A stretch of 63,796 nt of DNA, the filler included, from Reticulomyxa filosa (lineage: Eukaryota > Protista > Foraminifera), in assembly GCA_000512085.1 (NCBI GenBank). It is 21 parts of 21 records of this genome, joined end to end, with 100 filler letters (N's around TTAATTAATTAA, not from the genome) between each part and the next. Parts side by side here need not be neighbours in the genome. Positions count along the whole stretch, not along the records: positions 35,291 to 38,578 come from ASPP01012599.1; positions 38,679 to 41,100 come from ASPP01032967.1; positions 41,201 to 42,506 come from ASPP01021754.1; positions 42,607 to 45,384 come from ASPP01002055.1; positions 45,485 to 47,995 come from ASPP01025728.1; 16 more parts are not named here. One strand, given 5' to 3'. A program made the position numbers and the translations under genes. The notes under the pieces are model-generated. The model was not told the origin of the DNA and searched no databases. It was given only the letters and a program-made list of their open reading frames with translations. Of the stretch, positions 35,291 to 47,862 are shown in pieces. The stretch's first letter is position 1. The number at the start of each line of letters is the position of its first letter.

Positions 35291-38200
35291 GCAGAAATCG
35301 GTTCTAAGGTGCTGTCTCTTACAAACTAAAAACTCGATTGAAGTCATGCTATGCCGGGCATGTCAAAAGTTTTAATTTTTGTTTTTGTATATTTCTTTCC
35401 TTTGACATGGATGAGCCTGGTAGTGGACATGTCAATCAAAGTGAGGATCAAAGAACAAACGCGGGAAAACCGAATACACTTGTAACATTGACAGAGAGTT
35501 GATAAAAGCCGGACATTCGAAATCAATTGGAATAAGAATTGGAGGAGAGCCTATTGTCTTGTGGAAGTGCAAGCGACAGCTGAATAGCGTATCAAAAAAC
35601 ATGCAAAGATTTTGGGGGTACAAATCATTGGAAGAAAGTAATCGCTTTGTGATGAAATACCGAAACGAATTTTTGGCCAATGAAGGCATGATATTTCATC
35701 GTCAATTCCTACAATCGTGTGTGTTTGTGGCGAAGCGAGATAACAATTTGAATTGGAATGACATGTATGATATACTGGATCATTATGTGGTTCGGTTCAA
35801 AGCGAAAAAGACACCACAAAGGTTTGTATCACTATTGCGAGAAACAAGCGAAGATTTTTTTGACATTTTGGCAAAAAGAGGACAGCCCAAGCAGTTGATA
35901 GCATTGATGGAAAATTGTTGCAAGTCAACTTATCTCCCTCACAACAGGAGTTGTCAGTAAATTCATTGAGTACATCCGTTCGATCTTTTTTCGGAAAAAG
36001 GGACGACAAAATGTACTCGCTACTGGTCCAAGCCTTTCGAGTATGCGGACAGCAGCAACAAGGATTGATGTGGTTTGAGCAATTGGTTCAGCATTTCAAT
36101 ATCACTCCTGGAGTCTTACTCTTGACCCAAGCCTATTTGGTTTTTTTTTTTTTTTTTTTTTTTTTTAGTAATTTGTTATGTATAAATTAAATGGATGAAG
36201 AGGGAGGAAAGAAGGGGGGTCCATTGTTTGTCTAGTGCGATTATCGGAAGTTTGGTAATTATTTAACATTTTTGGAAGAATATTCAACGATCCCAACGGC
36301 AGAATCTGTGGCGGATGTAATCCTGCATTTCGTTAGCGTGTTGAAAGGCCAGTTGCTGCCGAACATGAAGAGGACATTAGGGGTCGAACAGGAAAGACCG
36401 TCCGAGGACTGGGCTGAGCTTCTCGACGACAGTGCGATGATGTATGGTATTGACGTCGACATGGTCAAACAAATGGAATCATTGGAGTCACAATCGCAAA
36501 TGAAAACACATGCAAAGAGCAACACCAAAGTAAACACAAACACGACAATGGTTGGACGTGACATGCACTCAACGCATGCCATGGATATTTCAAAAATAAG
36601 GGATGACGTGGTAAAACACATCCATGATATCATTGAATTGAGCGATCAAACAACAGTTCGATATGGACTGTCGCAACGCTGGTATTACCATGTCATGCCC
36701 AATTTCAAAGACTATTCACAGCTGCATATGGCCAAACCGCAACAATGTGACCTTTTTTATTTGCTTTTGGATATCTTGTTAAATGACATTTACAAATTCC
36801 ACTACAAATTCAATCTTACATCTTCCTCTCTTCCAACCGACTTAGACTCATTTCACATACTCCAAAGTTCGTCGTGGATTCACCAAACCGTATTCCACAC
36901 GATCTTGTTGGAGTTGTTGCCAAAGCATCAAATTGCTTTCAATTCTGTTTATTTGCAATTGATTTTGCAGTTTGTCTTTCTTTTTTTTTTTTTTTTTTTT
37001 TTTCTATCTCGCGCGTATGTTCTTTGTGTATACCTAAATATATATGTATATATAAGAGCATGTTCGGACTGCAACGACGTAGCTCTCGCACGTGCAGTGT
37101 GGCAATACAGCGAAAAGCAGAAGACTTCTATCAACCCCGTGTGCCGATCCATATACGAACGGATGCTATTCCAAGCGAGCAAGCAACTAAACAAAAAGAC
37201 TCTCGAGTTTATTTTGTTGTTTGTTTTCGAGTATAGTGTTGTGTTCATAACGAGTATTTCGTGTGTGACAATACAAAAAAAAAAATAATAATAATAATAG
37301 ACAAGATGTGCATCCACACTGCTTTGCTTTGGCCAAGTCGTTGTCTGCAAGAGCCGAGATAGTAGCACAAATGGACAAGAAAGACGTCAAGAACAAACCT
37401 GGCGTTCAAAGCTATTTGTTGGATTTGTCCAATGGCATTGCTTTGTGTCACAAATACGATGACGTAGTTTCTGCACGTTTGTTGTATCAATCTTTGCTGC
37501 GATCGCAGCTACGTATTTCGGAATTTTCCGAATTGGCCACCTCACTCATGTATGCAATGAATGGAAAGAATACCACATATAGCGAAGTACCAACAAAATA
37601 CCGCATTACAAGCAAAGATGTCCTCACATTGTGGCCCATCTCCCCATCCGCGGCTTTCCTCAACAAGGCCTTCCAAATCTTTGTTCGAGTACAAGACTGT
37701 GACATGCTCCATTATTGGTGGAAGTGGTGTGTCGATGCCAATGGCTATGGCAATGATAATGATAAAGATAATGATAGCAATAACAATGACAATGATAATG
37801 ATAATGATAATGATAATGATAGCAATGACAATGACAATAACAATAGTAATAACAATGAAAATCGAAATAGAAATAAGGATAGGACGAAACACAAAACGAG
37901 TAAAAAGAAAGGCAATGGATCCGCCGAGACCAAGTCGAAATTGTTGATGCTCTATGCAGACAAATTTCGTATCACTTGCGATTTGTATTTATCACGTGTC
38001 ACCCAACTGGTGCAAGCAGGCAATGTAGATACAGATATCGACTGGGGTAATAAGATGTCGTACCATTGTTGGCTATTGGAAGCCGTGTTGAACACAAGAC
38101 GAACGAAAATGGACAGCGACAGCGAGGAGAATAACGAAAAAAATAATGAAGAGTTTATGGGTTGGCAAGAATCAAATCAAAAAAATGAAGCATGTAAAGT

Positions 38201-38536
38201 GTGGCGATACTTGTGGCTTTTGATTGATGGAAAAGAGCTCGACCTTCCCATATACGGATGTCGGAACTCGGCCGACTGCGTTTCTTATGCCACAGCCAAA
38301 ATATTGCTTTGGATTGTTGACTACACTCTGAAATTGAGACAAACGCAAGAGACAGAGGCAACTCAAGATATATCCGAAGGAAAAAAGAAAAAGGAAGAAC
38401 AATGGTGGGAAGATTTGGTCATTAAAAATGTCAAACGTTTATACGACATCTGCTCTACATTTGACATTATCTTGCCCAAATCAAGTATGCGACAGCTGCA
38501 TAATTGTTTGAACAGTCCACTCCACCAGTCATGGGT
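35291..38536 (+). CDS. Large helical-repeat (PPR-like) hypothetical protein with Asn/Asp tracts, multi-exon, partial
   Basis: ORFs 35499, 35915, 36272 and 37308 are collinear and separated by poly-T introns. YSLLVQAFRVCGQQQQGLMWFEQLVQHFNITPG and ACSDCNDVALARAVWQY..INP resemble PPR motifs. Confidence 0.45.
37750..37860 (+). repeat. Coding (AAT/GAT/GAC)n microsatellite encoding an Asn/Asp tract
   Basis: Directly visible. Similar tracts occur at about 14180-14270, 28325-28382, 56510-56560 and 59130-59270. Confidence 0.85.
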
Positions 38537-38539
38537 TAT

Positions 38540-38578
<39 letters not shown>

Positions 38579-39815
38579 NNNNNNNNNNNNNNNNNNNNNN
38601 NNNNNNNNNNNNNNNNNNNNNNTTAATTAATTAANNNNNNNNNNNNNNNNNNNNNNNNNNNNNNNNNNNNNNNNNNNNAAATTGTATTAAAATTTATAAA
38701 AACTGAAAAGTATATTTGAGTAATCCAAGTGTTTCTCTTTCCAAAATGCTACTTGGTTGGATTATATGATCTTTAGTTTTGTATTACTGTAATGAACAAT
38801 GACTCAAGATTTAAGGGTTTATAAAAAAAAATGAATATAAATTTGAAAAATTCGAAATTACAAAACCACTATGTGACGATAGATAAATGAATTGTAGACA
38901 CTGGGGTGAAATTCTGGTGAAAAAATATTGATTTTGTACAGAGTTGGACCTCAATCAGTTTAAAATCAGCAGTAATGGCCTTAATTGGCTTATAGTAAAA
39001 GCACATTTTCGTGTGCTCAAAAATAAATATTTTATACAACAAAGTGACAACAAAAACATGTTGCATTTTTTTCTTATTTGATATTTCAATTTATTTATGT
39101 TCCTCATTTCGTTTGTGCTGTTTTACCTTAATTGAAAATTTTATTAGTGTCAGAGTTCGATACCTTTTGTGCACTGTCATTCACAAAACTTTTAGCGTCC
39201 CTACGTCTTTTGGAGGGATTTTATCATGTTCAACATATCTTGCAAAGGCCGCGTGACACTAGAAGCCTCTGAACTTAAATCTTTTCTCATATTTGCGTTA
39301 GTGGCTTGTGAAAAAAGAAAGACAGCGAGCACAATTGTTGCCCCTCTTTTTTTAAAAAAAACAAACGAAACACAATTGCTGTGTAGTACAGTTTACAAAC
39401 TGACAGTAAATTAGGTTTTTAATAAAAAGACAAGACAAAATATTTCCAACTTTATAATTTGATGTAAAAATTAATATTAAATTGTTACTAAATAAGAACT
39501 TGTTTCTTTACTTGAATTATTCAGTAACAAATGCTATTTCAATACACATTTCTCAATTTCAACTTATCACTTAATCTTTAAACATAGCTTGTGTAAGATT
39601 AGAATTAAGTCTTGTGTTTGTTGTCATTGTTATTTATTGATGAAGAGTTGACACGTCTGTTTTCGTTCAACTCCGGTTTACAAAAAGAAGAAAACTGACA
39701 GAGCGTTAGTAAAAAGAAAAAGGTACAAAACAAAAAAAACTGTTTTCTTTGTTGGTGTTATTCTTGCCTTTTCTTATTGTCTTTTGAGTAGTGTTATTTG
39801 CCTACATACCAAAAA

Positions 39816-41100
39816 ATGGTGGTTGTTCATTTATCTTCAGCCTATGGTTCAACCTCAGGGACCTCTACAGGACCTTCAGGACCTTCTGGTCAAAGCACCG
39901 CCATCACTAAATTTAGTGTTTGGGCAACCAGTGATTACCTTTGTTTAGTATTTCTTTTTTTTTTTTCGATTTTTATTTTGCCATACAAAAAAAATGGTTT
40001 TATTTTAATAAATAGGTGCATTCAAATTGTTTTGGGGGACAACAACTGTCACATATGGAGATATCAGTTAAAAAAAAAAGAAAGAAAACATAAAATAACA
40101 ACGCATCACAAAAAGAAAATCTTTGTAAACAACACAAAAGCTAATGGAACGAAAACCACGGTTCAGTTAGGAAGTGGTGAATGGGTTTCTGCAATTTATG
40201 TGGATGTGGATAATCAAGGAATACTTCGAGGTATTAGCTTTGACAGCAACATTGTTCAACAAATTATGACTGTTGGATACATCGGTTAAGTTTCTGCTTC
40301 TAACGCATATACGTATTTGTGTATACGTACGAGTACGTAAACAAAAAGCAAGGAGAGCGAGGGGGGAGGAGTTAGAAAGTGTTATATAAAAAAAAAAAAT
40401 GTGGATTGAATTACGTTGAAAGTAATATATGGGTGTGTGTGTGAATGTATGCACATGTCGATTATTGAATAGGTGATGGCTTAACAACGTTTTGTCAATG
40501 TTTTTTTTTTTGCTTTTGAATATGTTTGTATGTGCATGAACGATGCTTACACCTTTTTTTTTTTGATCTTCGTATAAACAAAAACAGAGTAATTAATAAT
40601 TCAACGTATGAATGGACAGACATAATTGCATACACTGGGACATTAGGCGGTATTACGGTGGTATGGGGAATAAAATTTTATTACACTACCCCTACCTTCT
40701 CTGCACTTTCAGACCTCGCTCTTCCTGCCTTGGGAATTTTAGCTCATTCCGCAGTCGTTGGGCAAAGCTATTCGAAAGTAGACGAATTGAAAAGTCAGTT
40801 GAGCATCGCTGCCCCAAGTTGCGATCCTCCTCAAGGAACTGACCCGCAAAAAGTGCAATTGTGGTATCGCACTTTCCGTGCTCATGTTTTGTGCTTCTTT
40901 ATTTATCTTAAAAAAAAAAAAAAAAAAAAAAAGAGGAAAGAACCTTTTTTTTGCAAATTATTTAAAAAAAAAAAGGAAAATTGTAAAGAATCGTTTTTGG
41001 TGTATGCACCGTCGATACTGATTGCATCAACATTTGGCCGTGAAGTGTTTGGTGTCTGGGCCGCACGCGCTGTTGGTGCTCTGAGTTTGGTAGGGGCCTA
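39816..41100 (+). CDS. Jacalin-like (beta-prism I) lectin-domain protein with a C-terminal helical/hydrophobic region, partial
   Basis: SAYGSTSG..AITKFSVWA..CIQI; TVQLGSGEWVSAIYV..ILRGISFDSN..VG; VWGIKFYY. These follow jacalin repeat spacing. Confidence 0.5.
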
Positions 41101-41269
41101 NNNNNNNNNNNNNNNNNNNNNNNNNNNNNNNNNNNNNNNNNNNNTTAATTAATTAANNNNNNNNNNNNNNNNNNNNNNNNNNNNNNNNNNNNNNNNNNNN
41201 TGATTGATATGAACAGAGATGAAGAAATGAGTTGTTATACATTATGTGATGAATATCATCAAATGGATA

Positions 41270-41760
41270 GAGACGTATTAAAAAACAAAATGAAATATGA
41301 ATTTGGATTAAAAGGAAGAATGTATTGGTGGTTGGATAGCTTCCTCAAAGATCGAATCGAGTGGTATTGAATGAAATCAATTCCAGTGAAAGAAGTTTTG
41401 AAGTTGGGGTACCACAGAGGTCATCGTTATATCCGCTTTTATTCATACCGTATATCAACGGCATTGCTAAATCAGTTCAAGATCTAATCCAATGCAAGAT
41501 GTTTGCAGATGATATAGCTTTGTGAACATCCATTTACACCAGTGACGAAAAAGAGATTGAGATGCAACTGTCATTGATGCAAACAAGTTTGGACAAAATT
41601 TCATTGTGAGCATCAAAATGGAAAATGTTATTAGCTACAGACAAAACTCAATCAATCACATTCAAAATGAAAAATAAACGAAAAAATCCAAAGATGAAAT
41701 TGGAATGGAGCGGCAGAATCACACAAGAAAAGGCTTGAAAGAATCCAAAAATTGCAGTGT
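41270..41760 (+). mobile_element. Non-LTR retrotransposon reverse transcriptase remnant
   Basis: GLKGRMYWWLDSFLKDR..VGVPQRSSLYPLLFIPYIN..MFADDIAL*..LDKISL*ASKWKM..DKTQ, containing degenerate GVPQGS and (Y/F)ADD motifs and in-frame stops. Confidence 0.88.
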
Positions 41761-41892
41761 GTAGGATTGGTTTTTTTTTGGATGGGTTGCAGTGGGGGTG
41801 TCTCAAGTGTTGGACTACTATCTCGCTTCATCATCAACTTGAAATCCTTTTTGCTCTCTCTACATGCACGAGCTAAGGTCTTTCTAGTTAAA

Positions 41893-42506
41893 AGAGTACC
41901 TCGTTCTAAAAAATAGAACACAGTACTCAAAAGAAAACAAAAATAAAAGAAAGAACTTCACAAACTCTTATAACAACCAAAAGGTTCACACAAAAATAAT
42001 TAAAAGAAAAACATATATCTGGAAGCAATGCCTGGATATTTATCCACCAACTGCGACGAAATCTTAGTACCGCAAACATTCAATCAGGAAATGTTCAACA
42101 GTGTCTTCTTCTTCACACCAAATACAATCAGGAGCTATGATCTTTGGATGTTAAACAAATAATCATTCAATCCAACTTTGACAGTGATCAGCCGACAAAT
42201 GATCTTGCGCTCACTAAATGTCAATGAATGCGTGCTTCCATCAGGTTAGATAGGAAATATCGGGCATATCCAATGTATGTTCCATTGCTCTGTGAAATAG
42301 GGATTCAATCCATGATTATTCAGGAATGCAGCCGATCTGTGTTGTGGGGTCAAATCTGGTTGCAATTGCAACGCTTTCTTGCTAGCATTATTTGCAACAA
42401 GATCCACTTTATCATTTCCAGGAATCCCAGAATGACCTTTAATCCAATAGATCTCTGGAGCATTATCTTCATTAAATGATTTCAATATCTTCTGACAATC
42501 CATAAT
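41893..42506 (-). mobile_element. Non-LTR retrotransposon 3' remnant with RNase H domain
   Basis: IYWIKGHSGIPGNDKVDLVAN is the RNase H C-terminal motif (WxxGHxGxxGNExAD). It is followed by degraded C-terminal coding sequence and a 3' UTR-like tail. Confidence 0.8.
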
Positions 42507-42639
42507 NNNNNNNNNNNNNNNNNNNNNNNNNNNNNNNNNNNNNNNNNNNNTTAATTAATTAANNNNNNNNNNNNNNNNNNNNNNNNNNNNNNNNNNNNNN
42601 NNNNNNTCAATTATCATCATAATATATGTTTTATGCGTT

Positions 42640-43200
42640 CAGTTTTCTTTTCAACCTACTGTAGATTTGATTGATAGATTCATCATGGATGTAAAATGCT
42701 CTTGTTTAATAGTATGATATTTGCTTTTGCAACAAGTGCTTGTTCCCACTGTACATCTCTTCATATGGAACTTTCAATTTTTTTTTGAAAATAGTTTCAT
42801 CAATTCTGAGTGATTAATACAATAAATTACTTTTAATGATTATCTTTTTTAAATCATTTCGACTTACTCCCAATAATAAAGTTTAGTCTTCTTGTAAATA
42901 ATGTTTCATCAATGAATTTGATAATACTCTCTTCATCAATCAATTTACCTTTTTTTTACAAATTTGAATTTTTCCATCGTCAAACGCATTCATTAAAAAT
43001 TTCAAAAAACTCAATACCATTTTTTTTTGCAAGTGCATCTACATATCATCTTTGAATACCTTTGTCATCAAGTCCATCCATTAAAAATTCTAAAACATTA
43101 TTCAATTGTCTTTCATTTAATTTCTCTAATGTTTTACAAAATAAATATGTAAACCAATAGTCTTTTCTAAAAATTTGTTTGAAGTTTTTGTGGAAATACA
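42640..43200 (-). pseudogene. Highly degraded HEAT-repeat family remnant
   Basis: Minus-strand fragments such as LEKLNERQLNNVLEFLM and FLMNAFDDGK resemble the 4449-6211 repeats; many stops. Confidence 0.45.
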
Positions 43201-45484
43201 CAAATAATTCAATCAATCTATTATTAATTCCTTATTATTGATTATGTTCAATTATGTTTGAATTACCTTGATTTGATTGATGATACATTGATGGATATCT
43301 GAATAACGATTGAAAATTAGATAAATGCAATTTCATCATATTATTCAATTGTAGTTTAATCGATCTACCAGAGTAATTATTGTACGCATAATCCAAGTAA
43401 TAAGCAATGATTTGAATGACTGAATAAGTGATTTGTGACAAGTTTGAATTTTTAATGGAATGAATGAACTATCTGGTGTCTGAACCAATATTAATTATAT
43501 TTAATGAAAATTAATCAATAATAATTTCATACAATATTTTGAACTTTCTCTTCAATGATATCATTTGTCAGATTTTTAACATATTTACTTATTTGCAAAA
43601 AACCCTTTTCACATCTTCCATTGCAAAGCTTTAGAAGCTAGTTGCTTGAGAAAAGGTGAATAGCAATGACAACATCCGTATACACTAATGTTAGGTCTTG
43701 TGCTTTCCTAACAAAAATCGAACACTAGACCATTCGGAAAGAAGACAATATCCTTCAAGAAAGCAAGAATTTGATAAAAGAAGAAATTCGTATAATCACT
43801 TTGGCAATGATTAGATAGTCATCAAGATGTTTTCAAGGTTTTTCTAACTTTAATTGGTTCTTTTTGATTATAAATTTTTTTGGAGATTTTGAAAAAGATA
43901 GCCCGTTGAGACAAATCTCATGCTACTTTTCCTTAAGCAAATGTGTTGTGGTCGGTTGGAACAAATTTCCTCGCTGTATTCAAATTTGCTTGAGAATTAA
44001 CAAATTTTTTTTTTTTTATGTTCTTTTAGTTCTATGTAAATTTTAGAGTGAAAGAGAAAATACTGTTTCGTTTTTATAACTTTTTCAATTTATTTACATT
44101 TTTTGATGTTGGGCTATGTCCCGTTGGGATGGGGTCCTATAACCTTCCATCGAAAAAAAAAAAAAAACTTATTTGTACACAAAACAGCCTTTAATTCTTT
44201 GGAGCATTTTCATTACATGTCATTTTAAAATCACATTTGTGTATTTGAAACTTTGCTTTTTTTTTTATTATTTCAAGAAAAATAGTTAATGTAAAATTTG
44301 TCTTTTATCATTGCAATGCAAAAATATTTCATCCTTTAATGTGATCGCTAGTCCTTGAGTAATACATTGAACATCCAAATTTTCAAAACACATTAAGGTC
44401 AGTAAAAAAAAAAAAAACTAAATTTAAATGTCACAAAAAAAAAAAGTCATTAAAAATTTTGAATATGGTACTTCTCTATTTACAATTTAAAAATTTTTTT
44501 ATTTGTGATAAAAATCGTTCCATTTAAAAAAAATCAATTTGTTAATAGAAAAGAATTTATTTTTTGAAATCAAAAACATCTTCCAAGTGTAAATTATTTT
44601 GAAAGTCTCAATAGTTTACAAACTGCATTTTGATTATTGATATTAATTTTTTAATAGTTTTTTTTTTTAAAGAATTACGAAAAAAGAATAAAATTATTGG
44701 ATGGAATATCAAACATAATATTAATTTAAATACCTTCAAAAGTATCATTGATAAAAAAAAAAATATCAACAAAATTCTTGTAATTGATTTTCTAGCATAA
44801 TCTAAACTCTTTTTTGTTATCATTTGTAGACGAGATAATCCTGAATACACATTCCTAAAAAAAACTACTCAGTTCTTCTTTTTCCTTTTTCACAGTCTTT
44901 AAAACGATGGGGCAAAGAAAAATACTCAAAGGTTGTTACTGGTAGCAAGTTTTTACTTTTAAACCTTTTTTTTGCAAATGAACTTTTAAATTGTTTGAAT
45001 TGAAAAATCCTAAAGTCTTCTCCTTTTTGTAGGGAACAGACTATTTGAATAAGAATAAAAATATTGTATTCGTTTTTTTTTGCGCGAAACTTTACAAATA
45101 ACGTATCGTCTTTAACTATAAATATTTTATCTACTTTTCACATGATTTCAGAATCTAGAATATATTATCCTTTTTAATTTTTAAAAGTAAAAACAACTTT
45201 GTGACATGAATTTTTTTCAAGCATATGCAATTTTTATTTTTTAAAAAATTATAGTTGGCCACAACAAAACTTCCCCAGTTCAAAAAAAAACTCCAACAAA
45301 AAAACTCCAGAATCAATTCCTTTATATCATCTACTTAAGAGATCAAGGATTGAAAGAAAAAAATTGAGTAAGATGGAAGAAGAGNNNNNNNNNNNNNNNN
45401 NNNNNNNNNNNNNNNNNNNNNNNNNNNNTTAATTAATTAANNNNNNNNNNNNNNNNNNNNNNNNNNNNNNNNNNNNNNNNNNNN

Positions 45485-45796
45485 CCCCAATATCTTTTGC
45501 TAATTGGCAAGAACTAATGCCCTTTTTATGAGCATTAAAGATATAGCAAGCCATAAACCATTTTCTAAGGGAAATATTGGAATCTTCAAAGATTGTGCCT
45601 TTACGGATTGAAAAATCTTTTTTACAATTTCTACATCTATTCCTTTTTACATCTGAATATTCCATTATATTATTACTTCCACAATGCGGACATCTTGGAC
45701 TATCTTTCCAAAGAATTGATTTTAGATATTGTATGCAGTTTTTTCTGTCTTAAAGAATTGGCTTAATTCAAACAGATTTTTAAAATGTTTTTTCAT
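45485..45796 (-). mobile_element. IS1595-family transposase, N-terminal Zn-ribbon/HTH part (frameshifted in an A-run; cut by the contig end)
   Basis: ATG at 45796 gives MKKHFKNLFELSQFFKTE, then after a frameshift CIQYLKSILWKDSPRCPHCGS..RCRNCKKDFSIRKGTIFEDSNISLRKWF..HKKGISSCQLAKDIG. Confidence 0.88.
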
Positions 45797-45868
45797 ATAA
45801 GCTAATCAAAAAGTTATATTTATATATAATGATCTATTTTTGCCTAAATATCAAGCATTTTAGATCAC

Positions 45869-46753
45869 TTATAGGGTGACATTCTTTATAATTACCTCAT
45901 CTTTTAAGGAATGGATAGTATCTTTTTTTATGTTAATTATAATATCGTTGTTATTAGCCTTTCTAATTGTAAATAAAAAATTACCGTTAATATCATAGAT
46001 TTTTTTTATTTTTTCCTTGGGCTTAGTAACTAACTTCTCTTCAACTATTTGAGTTAGTTTCTCATGCCCTATTTTTCCTAACCTTATTCTCTCAGCTAAA
46101 TCAATAATGCAATTTTTATAAGCTTCTCCTTTGTTACATAATTGTTTTATTTTTTCTGCAGTGCCTGATGAGACTTTTCTTAAGTCTCCAATAGCACTAG
46201 AAATTTCAGTAGGGATTTGGCTATATGATAATAATCTAGACAATTTTTGTTTACTAATACCTAATTTTTCTATAAGATCTACTTGTTGAATTACTCCATC
46301 CCTTATTTGGTTAGCGTAACTTATGCCTTGCGCATATTCAGATAAAGGATTATAAAAATTTTCTTCTTCCTGTACTATAGAAGCTTCATTATCATTAAGA
46401 TTTTGTATTATTACCTTTAGCCCAATATTTGCTTTTATAGCTGCACGCCATCTCCTTTCTCCTGCTATTAATTCATAGTGATCTTTCTGATTAATGCTAG
46501 GTCTTGCTATGCAAGGTTGTTGTTGCCCTATTTCTAGCATCCTCTTAGCTAGTAAATCTATATCTCCTAATTCATTTTGCGGTCTATCTTTATATTTCCA
46601 TAAAGTGATTTTTTTAGGATCTATAGAAACAATCTCAGACTCAATTCTTTTTACTTTGTATGTATCGCTGCTGTCTATATAATCACTAAAATTTCTTGCT
46701 TTATGATCTGCATCTAAAAGTTTGTCTATTGGATCATTCCATTTTTTACTCAT
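45869..46753 (-). CDS. parB: ParB/RepB/Spo0J-family partition protein (bacterial)
   Basis: GQQQPCIARP..YELIAGERRWRA (ParB box II), EEN..PLSEY and an HTH (QVDLIEKLGISKQKLSRLL). It overlaps the parA stop by 8 bp, as in an operon. Confidence 0.95.
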   Translation of the reverse strand: MSKKWNDPIDKLLDADHKARNFSDYIDSSDTYKVKRIESEIVSIDPKKITLWKYKDRPQNELGDIDLLAKRMLEIGQQQPCIARPSINQKDHYELIAGERRWRAAIKANIGLKVIIQNLNDNEASIVQEEENFYNPLSEYAQGISYANQIRDGVIQQVDLIEKLGISKQKLSRLLSYSQIPTEISSAIGDLRKVSSGTAEKIKQLCNKGEAYKNCIIDLAERIRLGKIGHEKLTQIVEEKLVTKPKEKIKKIYDINGNFLFTIRKANNNDIIINIKKDTIHSLKDEVIIKNVTL

Positions 46754-47862
46754 GGTTGTTTACCGTTGATTTTATTCCCCAAATTTCTTTAAAAGCTTCA
46801 AAAATTTCTAAATTTACTTTATTGCAAGCCTCAATAGCTCTCCTATAAGTCGTGCTATTTGTTGCATATTGTTTTTCATAAAGAGATAATAAAGCGTTTG
46901 AAGTATTGTCTATTTCTGCGGAATCAATCATGTGATTTACAAGAATAAATTCTCCATATAATTTTCTCATTAATTGATCTAACTTATTTGCTGCATTATT
47001 GCCTTTGTGTTTAGTTAAAAGTATACGGAAAAAATCTAATTCATGAGGATTTGCTACACTAAATACTTTTTTCAGAGTTTTGGTTAATCTTACAAACGAG
47101 GCAAAATCTGGCATAGAGGGTGGTAAAGTTATCAGTACAGAATTAGCAGCAGATACTGCATTCATTGTTAAAGCACCTGTATTAGGTGGGCAATCAATAA
47201 TTATTACGTCATAGTTTGATTTTACCTCATCTAAAGCTGACTTTAAACGTTTTAGAGGACTTCCTATCTCGATAATTTTTTCATCTGATAGAAAAGGTAA
47301 GTTAAGCTCAACATTCTGTAATTCCAAATTTGCCGGAATTATATCTATACCTGCAAAGTATGTCTTTTTAATTACTCTATTTATATCTTTTTCATTTTCT
47401 AATAATGTAGTAGCTAGAGTATCATCTTCTAATAAGTCTATGTCCGGGATAAATCCAAACCAAGTAGTTAGAGTTGCCTGTGGGTCAAGGTCTATTCCTA
47501 GGATTCTAAGGCCTTCTATGGCTAAATATTGCATAAGTAATAAAGAGGTCATTGATTTTCCGACCCCACCTTTAAAATTTAAGATGCACAGAATTATAGG
47601 TTCTTTATCTATAGGTTTTGTAAATTTTACGTTAAGAGCATCCCTGATTTTGTTGATTAAGTCTAAGGAATATTGCTTTCTACCATTTATATCTCTGGTT
47701 GGTTCTGGGATAATTTCTTTTTGTTCTAAGGAGCGTATTGTATTAGGGGATTTACCCAGCATATTAGCTACAGCATTTATTCCCCAAGTTCTCAGTTGTT
47801 TCCTTTCTTGAGGTGCAGAAGAAGTCTTTACTATACTCAGTATAGCTTCTTGTCCTATATTA
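46746..47862 (-). CDS. parA: Type Ia ParA/RepA plasmid partition ATPase with N-terminal HTH; native 5' end interrupted by an IS
   Basis: Deviant Walker A NFKGGVGKS, GIDLDPQATLT, DIIPAN and YDVIIIDCPP. The frame stays open upstream of ATG 47762 (SAPQERKQLRTWGINAVANMLGKS..., HTH) up to the IS end near 47861. Confidence 0.93.
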
